This document shows, one piece after another, positions 1-7,056 of a DNA stretch of 10,179 bases. The position numbers and the translations under genes are program-made. Where the stretch lies: contig NZ_JBGFSK010000017.1 of assembly GCF_041365945.1 (NCBI RefSeq), positions 2,555 through 12,733 on the forward strand, given 5' to 3'. The notes beneath the pieces were generated by a model. The model was not told the DNA's origin and made no database searches. It saw nothing but the letters and a program-made list of their open reading frames with translations. This DNA is from Janibacter sp. GXQ6167. Its GTDB lineage: Bacteria; Actinomycetota; Actinomycetes; Actinomycetales; Dermatophilaceae. Each line of letters opens with the position of its first letter. The stretch's first letter is position 1.

Positions 1-537
1 GCATCTTCGGACATTACATTCACCTTCTTCTGCTTTCTCTCACTGCCGCCCTTCCCCATGTGCCCGGCTTTCCCGGCCTCGGAGTACTACGACGGCTCCG
101 CCCCACCCGCACCCTTCGGCTGGCAACGCACCTATCCCCACCAATGCGGGGAGCGGAATGCGGATGGTTCCCACGTTCACTGTTGTTCGGTTGACGGGCG
201 AGGCGTCCGGCTTTACCCCTGCGGCATCGTCGTGGCTACGCCGTAGACCTTCACCACGACCTGCCGGACCCGACACATACCACCGTTCCGACAGTTCCCC
301 ACCCGCCACGACCATCAACGATGGCCCCGACAAGCGGTTACGCACCGCAAACCAGCCCCGATCCACCGGGTTAGAGCTGGGCGACGATCAAGAGGCTTTA
401 CGACACCGGTTCCTCTCGTACACCTTCCCGCCTTGCTCACCAGACACGGCCCATCCGGTAGTACTGGACCGTCCTGACTATGTCACGGCTGCTCCCACCC
501 ACCCCAGGCGTTCCCCCAGGACAGGCTGCCGTCAGCT

Positions 538-1123
538 TCACTCGGCCGCTACGACGGCCAATCGATCAAGGTCTCTCACCTCCATCCGATACAACAGCGC
601 CTCGTGGCGCACGACGTGCTCGTCGACACCGATCGTGGTGACCCCGTCGAACCGACCAGGATCGTCGATCAGGCGCCGCTTGCCCTCCGCGAGCACCGCA
701 GTGTTCGCGGCGCTCCAGGAAACCCCAAGACCGGCGGCGACACGGGTCACGGTGAGGTGGTCGACGACGATGCCCCGCAGCGCCCACTCCACGCCGAGGC
801 GGGAGATCTTCGCTCGTGGCGCGGCGGCGCGAGTCATGTCCCGCCGCCACGTCCGCCGGCAGTGCGCGCACCGGTAGCGGCGGACCCGGACCAGAAGCGT
901 TGTCGGCCTATGCCCGAACGGCTCATGCGCGAGTCGACGCGTCACCGTGTCCCGCGACACACCCCTCCGCCCCGCACTTCCGACACCAGGGGTCCACCTC
1001 GACCGACCGACACTCGATCATCGCCCGGTCCCGCTCGAGCAGCTGGCCGACCGCTTCGAGCCCGAGTTCATCGAGGCGGCAGAACGTGGTCAGGTCAGGG
1101 GTCGCGAAAGTAGGGTGGAGCAC
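538..1123 (-). pseudogene. ISL3-family transposase, N-terminal ~195 codons only, interrupted by at least one frameshift (near 925-960) and 3'-truncated.
   Basis: Two overlapping minus-strand ORFs (923..1123 and 538..960) together reconstruct a contiguous ISL3 transposase N-terminus across different frames. No ATG lies in frame upstream; the track's M at 1123 is a GTG. An alternative MMEVLHARHPER... start lies in another frame, which suggests further decay. Confidence 0.7.
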
Positions 1124-1202
1124 GTCGAGGTCTTTCGGGATGGCGAGCGTGAAGAACTTCCATCATCCGGGAGACCTCGACCCCTACCCGGCTGCCAACG
1201 CG

Positions 1203-1236
1203 CTCACCCGACTACACCCTCATTCGTGAAGAGCCC
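1203..1236 (-). repeat. Terminal inverted repeat (outer end at ~1236) of the ISL3-family element. Its exact inner boundary is uncertain.
   Basis: RC of plus strand 1228-1236 = GGGCTCTTC, followed by ACGAATGAGGGTGTAG. The integrase reading frame reads through this sequence into a stop (…IGLFTNEGVVG*), marking the insertion junction. Confidence 0.45.
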
Positions 1237-1653
1237 GATAAGACGGGCGACGTTGCGGCTGACGAGTTCGTCGCGCATCGCGCGGGTCAGGGCGGCGGAC
1301 AGTACGGTGCGGAACTTCTGTGCGGTGCGGATTGAGTGGCCCTCGTCGAGCAGCGCGCAGGCGGCGTTCTGCACGTCGCGCACGGTGAGCTGGGTCAGGC
1401 GCTTGCTGCCGATGCGAGGAAGGATGTGCAGTCGCACGACGCCCTCGTATCCCCGTGCGGTGTTGCGTCGGTTGCGGCGCGGCACGACTGTCTCTAGCCA
1501 CTGCTGCAGATAGCCGGCGACCGTGACCTGTGAGTTCGGGGTCAGGATGCCGCGGCCCTCGTGCCGCGGCCCGCCCGGGCGCTTGCGTCGCCTTGCGACC
1601 CGCCGGATCGGCTCGAAAAGACGTTCTGTGGTATATCTATTACGAGAGGCCAT
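1204..1653 (-). pseudogene. Tyrosine recombinase / phage-type integrase, N-terminal core-binding (SAM-like) domain only. The native sequence spans ~1237..1653. The catalytic domain is missing because of the ISL3 insertion.
   Basis: Translation from ATG (RC of 1651-1653): MASRNRYTTERLFEPIRRVARRRKRPGGPRHEGRGILTPNSQVTVAGYLQQWLETVVPRRNRRNTARGYEGVVRLHILPRIGSKRLTQLTVRDVQNAACALLDEGHSIRTAQKFRTVLSAALTRAMRDELVSRNVARLI... This matches the integrase N-terminal core-binding domain pattern: YLxxWL, hydrophobic-rich helix (RLHILPRIG), and SxxTxxKxxxxLxxALxxA. The ORF then continues into the IS terminal repeat and stops. No R..HxxR..Y catalytic domain is present. Confidence 0.7.
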
Positions 1654-1714
1654 ATACAGGATGCACCTGGGCCTTGTCTGGGGGCTACCCAGATCGAGTC
1701 TGGAGGTGTACGGC

Positions 1715-2329
1715 GTGGCCGCGCGAGTCGTCGATGTGCGTTGTCCGGGATGCGGGAGCGCCTGGAGCACCAACCAGCAGTTCTGCCAGTACTGCGGTCG
1801 CCAGGTGCTGATCAGCTCGATGTCCGACCTGATCAGCCTGGAAGCGCGCGACCTCAAGAAGCACGTCCGTACCTACGAGGACGCGCTGGACGAGGGCGCC
1901 GATGATCCGAGCGTGCATGCGGCGCTCGGCATGTGCCTGCTCAAGCTGGGGCTGCGCGACAAGGCGCTGTCGCACTTCGAGGATGCGCTGCTCGATGACA
2001 TCGAGAACTCGGAACCGTACTTCTACGCCGCCGTCGCGTCGCTGGGTGGCAAGAAGCCGTTCCTGGTTCCGCTGGCTGGCATCCGCCGCGCGGAGGAGTA
2101 CCTCACGGCGGCGCTGCGGCTCGAGGAGCGCGGAATCTACGCCTACCTCTACGGGTACATCCGCTTCGACTACTACGAGCGCAAGTCGCTGAACGTCGAG
2201 CCGTCGTACCAGCACTACCTGCAGCAGGCAGTGCTTCGCGGTGTGACCGATCTGGACATCCAGACGCTGTTCGAGCTGCTGGAGATCGTCCCTTCGTCCG
2301 CTTCCATTCCGACCAGCGTTTCCGCCTGA
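1715..2329 (+). CDS. Zinc-ribbon protein with a C-terminal TPR-like, all-helical domain (204 aa from the GTG at 1715). It is possibly a YdjG-like component.
   Basis: It is the first gene of the co-directional operon. GGAGG at 1702-1706 lies 8 nt upstream of the GTG at 1715. Starting here avoids overlap with the integrase fragment on the opposite strand. The N-terminus has the ribbon CPGCG-x9-FCQYCG (1742-1800). The remainder (…ALGMCLLKLGLRDKALSHFEDALLDD…EEYLTAALRLEERGIYAYLYGYIRFDYYERKS…) is TPR-like helical. The 1523..1714 extension in the ORF track would overlap the integrase start and is RP-rich, so I reject it. Confidence 0.7.
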   Translation: MAARVVDVRCPGCGSAWSTNQQFCQYCGRQVLISSMSDLISLEARDLKKHVRTYEDALDEGADDPSVHAALGMCLLKLGLRDKALSHFEDALLDDIENSEPYFYAAVASLGGKKPFLVPLAGIRRAEEYLTAALRLEERGIYAYLYGYIRFDYYERKSLNVEPSYQHYLQQAVLRGVTDLDIQTLFELLEIVPSSASIPTSVSA

Positions 2330-2365
2330 CCCCTGTTCTAACCACCCGAGAGAGGTTCCTTCGCA

Positions 2366-3061
2366 ATGGCCATCAACTATGAGCGCAACAAGAAGTACTT
2401 CAAGCAGTCCAGCCCCAAGGCCGGCATCATCCTGATCGTGATCGGCCTGGTGCTGACGCTCGCCCTCCCCGAGGCGGGCAAGCTCGTCGGCATCCTGGGC
2501 ATCCTGGGTGGCGCGGCGCTGATCTACTTCCAGTTCGCGGGCAAGCCGAGCGACGCGGACATCGACTCGGACGCTGCTGCCGCCATCGCGGACGTGAAGA
2601 AGCGCGCGCTGGGCAAGCTCGGTCTGGACGAGGACGAGGTCAAGCTCATCGACCCGGTGATCGTTCACGGCTACTACTACAAGAACATCGCCTCGGGCGT
2701 GCAGGTCAAGCTCGGCAAGGACCGCGTCTTCCGTTCCTCGAACTACGAGGGCGTCGTGCTGTTCTTCAGCGAGCACCAGCTGCACGCGTTCAAGTTCCAG
2801 TTCTCTCTCGTCTCGCCGCAGGAGAGCCGCGAGCAGACCGACGAGTACTTCTACAAGGACGTCGTGTCGGTGGCGACGCAGTCGGAGACGTTCAAGATCA
2901 ACGACATCAAGGGCAACAGCCAGCAGGTCAACTTCGAGGAGTTCAAGCTCACCACCACGGGTGGCACCTCGATCACTTCGTCGATCCGCGACGAGGGCTC
3001 GGTCAGCCGCGTCATCTCCGGCGCGCGCAGCCTGATTCGCGAGAAGAAGATCGCGTCCTGA
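2366..3061 (+). CDS. Membrane-anchored protein (231 aa). It has an N-terminal hydrophobic hairpin (AGIILIVIGLVLTLAL…LVGILGILGGAALIYF) and a soluble ~170-aa domain. It is possibly YdjH-like.
   Basis: ATG at 2366 is preceded by GAGAGAGG (2348-2355), and it lies 36 bp after the stop of the upstream gene. The protein is unusually Lys-rich (K > R) for a high-GC host, yet it keeps high GC3 (AAG, TTC, TAC codons). Confidence 0.75.
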   Translation: MAINYERNKKYFKQSSPKAGIILIVIGLVLTLALPEAGKLVGILGILGGAALIYFQFAGKPSDADIDSDAAAAIADVKKRALGKLGLDEDEVKLIDPVIVHGYYYKNIASGVQVKLGKDRVFRSSNYEGVVLFFSEHQLHAFKFQFSLVSPQESREQTDEYFYKDVVSVATQSETFKINDIKGNSQQVNFEEFKLTTTGGTSITSSIRDEGSVSRVISGARSLIREKKIAS

Positions 3062-3079
3062 CCCCGAGTTCTCTGCGTG

Positions 3080-3112
3080 CCGGGGCCGGTCGGCAGTCGC
3101 CACCGGCTCCGG
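3080..3112 (+). promoter_or_regulatory. Intergenic stem-loop between the membrane-protein gene and the ATPase gene (11-bp stem, 11-nt loop). It may be a partial terminator/attenuator or an RNA-processing element.
   Basis: CCGGGGCCGGT (3080-3090), loop CGGCAGTCGCC, ACCGGCTCCGG (3102-3112). The arms are complementary except for one G·U pair. No U-tract follows, so it is not a classical intrinsic terminator. Confidence 0.3.
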
Positions 3113-3156
3113 CACACCAATTCCGCTGCCCGAGCGTGACGTGAGGAGTGTGCCGT

Positions 3157-5841
3157 ATGCCCGCAGGCGACGCGCCCCTGACGTTCACGCCTCTCGCGCA
3201 GGGTGAAGTAGCCGCTGCTACGGTGGTCGAGGTCGTCCGCATCCCGCACGTCTCCGTGCTGGGCGATGATCCGGCTGCCGAGCTGGTGCAGCAGTCCAAG
3301 CGGGACTTCGTCAGCCTGCTGTTCGAGGCGTACCAGTCGTACCGCGGACAGTACGAGGACGGCCCCGACCGAGCTAGCGACTGCGCTCTGGAACTGCTTT
3401 GGCAAGCACACCCCATTCAGGGCCAGCCGCACGCCGCCGACCTCACGCTATTCATCATCGTTCGCGCGATCGGCGCGAACCGGGACGACGCAGCGGCGGT
3501 TGTCAACGAGCTGCACGCTGTCGTGATCAGCGCGCTCACGCTCGGCGGCTTCGACTACGCAGATCGTCCTGCCTCCGCGATCGGCGCCCAGGCGGCGGAA
3601 CGGTCGGTTGCGCTCGTGAAGGAGGAGTGGATTGAGAACCTCGGCAACCAGATCCTGCCGAGCGCCTTCGCCTTCCACCGTATCCCCACGGGCAGCCGTG
3701 ATCTCTCACGTATCGCCAGCGCCCTAACCGAGGTGCCCGGTGCGTCCCTCTCGGTTCAGCTGATCCCGGCGACACTGGAGCCTGACGAGCGGACTGCTAT
3801 CGAGCAGCTGACGCTGGCGCTCACGACCCTCGCCAACGGTGTGACGGATCAGTCGATCGGTACCGTCAGCTTCACCGCGGCGAAGCGCCTCGCGGAGATG
3901 TACTCGTATCTGGAGGGGCACAAGGACTCGCCCCTGTTTCTGTTTAACGTCGTCGTCTCCGGGCCGAAGCTCGCCGTGCCGGTGATCGCCAACCGGGTGC
4001 TCGGTCACCTCTCCGCCGACGCCGAGGTAGGCGCGCTGGCGGCACGCTTCGTCGACGCCACAGCCCTGGTGCCACGAGGCGATGCGTCCTTCGTCGCTGC
4101 ACCGTGGCAGCTGAACGAGACGCTGCTCGACCAGACTCGTGATCCGTCGCTCTGGGCGGCGGGCCGCAATCCCGGTGAGGCATTCTACCGGCTGCCGTTC
4201 CTGCTGACGGCATTCGAGGCATCGGAGTTGTTCCGTCTGCCGATCGGCAGTGACACGGTCGGCGCCGGGCTGACGGTGAACACCACGACCCGGCACTCGC
4301 GCAACTACTCGGCCGGCGTGATCGGGAGCTCGAGCATCGAAGCCGGGCGACTCGCCGGGGCGGCCGAGGTCTCGATCGGGTTCGGGCATACCGACCTGAC
4401 CAAGCACGCTTTCGTCACGGGGACGCCCGGTTCGGGTAAGACGACGTTCACGGTCGGGCTGCTCGACCGGCTCTGGCACGAGCACGGCATCCCGTATCTG
4501 GTGATCGAGCCGGCGAAGAACGAGTACCGGGCGCTGATCGAGACGACGCCGGATCTGCAGGTGTTCACCCCGGGCAAGGATCATCTGTCTCCGCTTGTGC
4601 TGAACCCGTTCCTGCCGCCAGCGGGCGTGCGGGTGCAGAGCTACAAGTCGACCCTCAAGACGGCGTTCGCAGCCGCGGTCACGATGACGAGCCCCCTGGA
4701 CAAGATCTTCGAGGACGCCCTCTCAGCCACGTACTCGCGGTTTGGCTGGTTCGATGCCGACACAGCCGCCGATGGCCGTGAGGTGTTCTCTATCCGCGAC
4801 TTCCTGGCCGTTTTCCAGGAGACCTTCGTCCGCATCGGCTACACCGGAGACGCGGCCAACATCGGACGAGCAGGCCAGGTGCGCCTGCAGAGTCTGGTTG
4901 GCCTGTTCGACACCTACCCTTCGATCCCTGTCGAGGATCTGCTGTCGAAACCCACGGTAATCGAGCTGGCAGGGATCGAGAACAGCGACGACAAGGCCCT
5001 CTACATCGCGCTCATCCTGCTGCAGGTCCTCGCCTACGTGAACGCCAACGTCGCCGGCGACGGGAAACTCAAGCACGTCCTCCTGCTCGAAGAAGCCCAC
5101 GTCTTGCTCGACGCCGACGACGCCAGCGGACCGGGCGAAGCGGACCCCGCCGCGATTGCGAAGAAGCTGCTCAAACGCATGTTGGCCGAGATCCGCTCCT
5201 ACGGCGTCGGCATCATCGTGGCCGATCAGTCGCCACGCAAGGTCGGCTCGGACGTGGTGGCGCTCACGAACATCAAGCTCGGGTTCCGGCTGGTCGAGGC
5301 CGCAGACAAGGAGATCCTGGCCGAGAGCACCAACATGAGCGACGCGCAGCGCGAGCGGCTGGCGCGGCTCCGGCCGGGCGAGGCACTCCTGTTCTACGAC
5401 CGCCTCGAAGACCCCGAGGAGATCGCCACAGCCGACTGGCGCGCCCAGCGCGGCATCCCGACGTTCGTGTCCGATGAGGAGATCGCCCGAAAGGTCACTT
5501 ACTGGCAGCGGCACCCGGAACTGCTCATGCCATACCCGGAGAGCGCCTACATCGGGGGCTGGGACGCCTCGGTTGCCGGTGCGGGCAAGGAGATCGCCCG
5601 GCGCCTCTTCGCCGCGCACGTCCCGGCCGGCGATGTCGGCGTCAAGAGATTCGGCAGCATCTACCGGCAGCTCGATGCGTTCATCGCCGCCGAACTTCCC
5701 GCGTCGATCCCGAACACGCCGGCCCTGCGGCGAGCGGTCAAGGTCAACTTCCTGCGGCTGGTCAAGTACGAGTCGCAGATCCCACTGTCGGACGCCACGA
5801 TCCACAAGACCCTCGAAGCCGAGAGGAGCCGCACAGCATGA
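3157..5841 (+). CDS. HerA/FtsK-superfamily (DUF87 / HerA-like) P-loop ATPase, 894 aa. The ~420-aa N-terminal domain is unassigned.
   Basis: GAGGAG (3143-3148) lies 8 nt upstream of the ATG at 3157; the track's GTG at 3148 has no spacer. Walker A is GTPGSGKTT (~4420-4446), followed by YLVIEPAKNEY and LVLNPF; HerA proteins have …IFDPHGEY…INPF in the same positions. Walker B is HVLLLEEAHVLL (~5074-5100). The C-terminal motif GVGIIVADQSPRKVGSDVVALTNIKLGFRL matches the HerA 'RKYGvgl.lvtQrPsel…' region. The stop overlaps the next start (ATGA at 5838-5841). Confidence 0.85.
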   Translation: MPAGDAPLTFTPLAQGEVAAATVVEVVRIPHVSVLGDDPAAELVQQSKRDFVSLLFEAYQSYRGQYEDGPDRASDCALELLWQAHPIQGQPHAADLTLFIIVRAIGANRDDAAAVVNELHAVVISALTLGGFDYADRPASAIGAQAAERSVALVKEEWIENLGNQILPSAFAFHRIPTGSRDLSRIASALTEVPGASLSVQLIPATLEPDERTAIEQLTLALTTLANGVTDQSIGTVSFTAAKRLAEMYSYLEGHKDSPLFLFNVVVSGPKLAVPVIANRVLGHLSADAEVGALAARFVDATALVPRGDASFVAAPWQLNETLLDQTRDPSLWAAGRNPGEAFYRLPFLLTAFEASELFRLPIGSDTVGAGLTVNTTTRHSRNYSAGVIGSSSIEAGRLAGAAEVSIGFGHTDLTKHAFVTGTPGSGKTTFTVGLLDRLWHEHGIPYLVIEPAKNEYRALIETTPDLQVFTPGKDHLSPLVLNPFLPPAGVRVQSYKSTLKTAFAAAVTMTSPLDKIFEDALSATYSRFGWFDADTAADGREVFSIRDFLAVFQETFVRIGYTGDAANIGRAGQVRLQSLVGLFDTYPSIPVEDLLSKPTVIELAGIENSDDKALYIALILLQVLAYVNANVAGDGKLKHVLLLEEAHVLLDADDASGPGEADPAAIAKKLLKRMLAEIRSYGVGIIVADQSPRKVGSDVVALTNIKLGFRLVEAADKEILAESTNMSDAQRERLARLRPGEALLFYDRLEDPEEIATADWRAQRGIPTFVSDEEIARKVTYWQRHPELLMPYPESAYIGGWDASVAGAGKEIARRLFAAHVPAGDVGVKRFGSIYRQLDAFIAAELPASIPNTPALRRAVKVNFLRLVKYESQIPLSDATIHKTLEAERSRTA

Positions 5842-7019
5842 GCGACTACGGCACCGACATTGCAGACGCCCCCGTCGACACCGGCGCGGACGTCAGCGTG
5901 CCCGATACGACCGACTACGCCGACGAGCCGGTCGACCTGGCCGAGACCCCGCCCGAGTCGGAGGCGCCCGAGGCCGAGGAGGCGCCGCCCGCCGAAGACC
6001 TCTCGGAGCCCGCAGCAGATGAACTGAGCGGCACGGCGGAGACGCCGGCGGATGCGGAGGCACCCGTCGACCTGGGCGCGGCCCCGGAAACGGCCGACGC
6101 CGCCCCGGAACAGCCCCAGGACTGGCAGGAGGGCGAGGTCGTCGATCTCGGCGACGACGCTGCCCCCGACGCCCCGCAGGAGGACGAGACCGCCGAGGCG
6201 GACGATCCTGCCGGGCGCGACCTGGGTGATCCCGACCTGGCCGACAGCCCGGAGGCCGAGGCTCCCACGGATAGCGCCGGTGAGGATCTGACGACACCGA
6301 CGGACGACGAACCGGGCGCCGGTGATGCGCCGACTGACGCCGACGAGCAGGTACCTGAGGCGGCGGAGATTGAGCCCGAGGCCGCAAACGACGTGACGGA
6401 TGCCGAACCCGAGCCCAGGGTCGATGAGTTGACAGAGGCGGCCCGGGATGAGGCCCGCCCCGCCGACGAGCTGCGCGCCGAGTACTACGCCGACGTGGCT
6501 GATGTGCTGGCCGATGACACACCATCCGACGCCGAGCCGGTCGAGACGCAGGACACTCCCGGAGCAGACGCTGCCGAGGCGCCGGAGTCGAGCGATCACG
6601 CGGACGCCGCCAATGACCGCAGCAACTCCCCAGAGAACGAGGCACTGACCTCGGCGCTAGCCGAGAAAGGCCTGTCGCTGGAGCCGGTCGATCGCTTCGA
6701 CTACAGCGACAACCCGGTTCTCGGCTACCGCGAGTCCGCCCCGCCCGAAGACGTCGCGTACGCCGTCAACGCCTGGAACGACGAGATCGCGCCCGGCATC
6801 GCGGCCGGCGCGACCCGTGAGGACTTCGCCGCCTACGACCAGGAGCACGGCCTCGAAGGGCAGCGGCAGCTGGCCGGCGTCTACGACTACATGCTCGGCG
6901 GCGACGCGATCAAGAGCGGCGGAGAGCGCGAGGACGGATCGCTCGACGTCACCGGCGGCAGGCACCGCCTGGAACAGGCGCGTCTGAACGGCGTCCAGTA
7001 CCTGCCCGTGAGGAAGTAG
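5838..7019 (+). CDS. Acidic, low-complexity protein (393 aa). It has a ~270-aa D/E/A/P-rich, presumably disordered N-terminal region and a ~120-aa C-terminal globular domain.
   Basis: Translationally coupled by an ATGA overlap, with GAGAGGAG at 5821-5828. The frame shows clean high-GC codon usage (GAC/GAG/GCC/CCC), while the alternative frames are Arg/Pro-rich junk. The C-terminus contains …VYDYMLGGDAIKSGGEREDGSLDVTGGRHRLEQARLNGVQYLPVRK. The GGxHRxxxAxxxG…PV stretch is reminiscent of ParB/Srx box II, but that is tentative. Confidence 0.65.
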   Translation: MSDYGTDIADAPVDTGADVSVPDTTDYADEPVDLAETPPESEAPEAEEAPPAEDLSEPAADELSGTAETPADAEAPVDLGAAPETADAAPEQPQDWQEGEVVDLGDDAAPDAPQEDETAEADDPAGRDLGDPDLADSPEAEAPTDSAGEDLTTPTDDEPGAGDAPTDADEQVPEAAEIEPEAANDVTDAEPEPRVDELTEAARDEARPADELRAEYYADVADVLADDTPSDAEPVETQDTPGADAAEAPESSDHADAANDRSNSPENEALTSALAEKGLSLEPVDRFDYSDNPVLGYRESAPPEDVAYAVNAWNDEIAPGIAAGATREDFAAYDQEHGLEGQRQLAGVYDYMLGGDAIKSGGEREDGSLDVTGGRHRLEQARLNGVQYLPVRK

Positions 7020-7056
7020 CCGACCCGGCATCCGATCCGACGAAAGCGAACACCGT

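Larger units (their letters stand above)
538..1236 (-). mobile_element. ISL3-family insertion sequence, partial copy. One terminal inverted repeat and the 5' ~40% of the transposase gene are present; the element is truncated near 540-570.
   Basis: Minus-strand translation gives the typical ISL3/IS204/IS1001/IS1096/IS1165 transposase N-terminus. It has a zinc-finger region (...TTFCRLDELGLEAVGQLLERDRAMIECRSVEVDPWCRKCG...), then RVRRYRCAHCRRTWRRD, a helix-turn-helix region, and IGVDEHVV, the start of the DDE domain. The RC of 1203-1236 reads GGGCTCTTCACGAATGAGGGTGTAG..., which resembles ISL3-family terminal inverted repeats beginning GGCTCTTC. The ORF stops abruptly (…AVVAAE*) near 538 and no downstream transposase homology follows. 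Confidence 0.7.

Noticed and set aside
1631-1657. Inverted repeat GTATAT-n15-ATATAC overlapping the integrase start codon in an AT-richer patch.
   Set aside because: The 6-bp arms in an AT-rich divergent promoter region could be an operator, but this is weak evidence. I note it only as a promoter-region candidate.
1523-1714. 5' extension of the first operon gene (track start at 1523).
   Set aside because: It would overlap the integrase fragment's start on the opposite strand and encodes an RP-rich leader. GGAGG at 1702-1706 with GTG at 1715 gives a better start immediately before the zinc ribbon.
1685-3115. 476-aa minus-strand ORF antisense to the Zn-ribbon and membrane-protein genes.
   Set aside because: Its translation is low-complexity and Leu/Arg/Asp/Val-repetitive, which is typical of the stop-poor antisense frame of high-GC coding DNA. 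The sense-strand genes have SDs, sensible domains and operon context.
4723-5805. 360-aa and 286-aa minus-strand ORFs (4723..5805, 3724..4584) antisense to the ATPase gene.
   Set aside because: They are Arg/Asp/Gly-rich with no motifs. They lie entirely inside a gene with unambiguous Walker A/B and HerA motifs.
5661-6645. Minus-strand ORFs 5661..6599 and 5893..6645, and small plus-strand ORFs, overlapping the acidic-protein gene.
   Set aside because: They are extreme Arg/Pro/Gly composition artefacts of the GC-rich repetitive GAG/GCC/GAC coding strand. The sense frame is translationally coupled to the ATPase.
6841-6960. VYDYMLGGD motif resembling the N-terminal signature of Methyltransf_19-type SAM methyltransferases.
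   Set aside because: It occurs ~40 residues from the C-terminus of the acidic protein with no room for a Rossmann fold, so it is most likely a coincidental short match.
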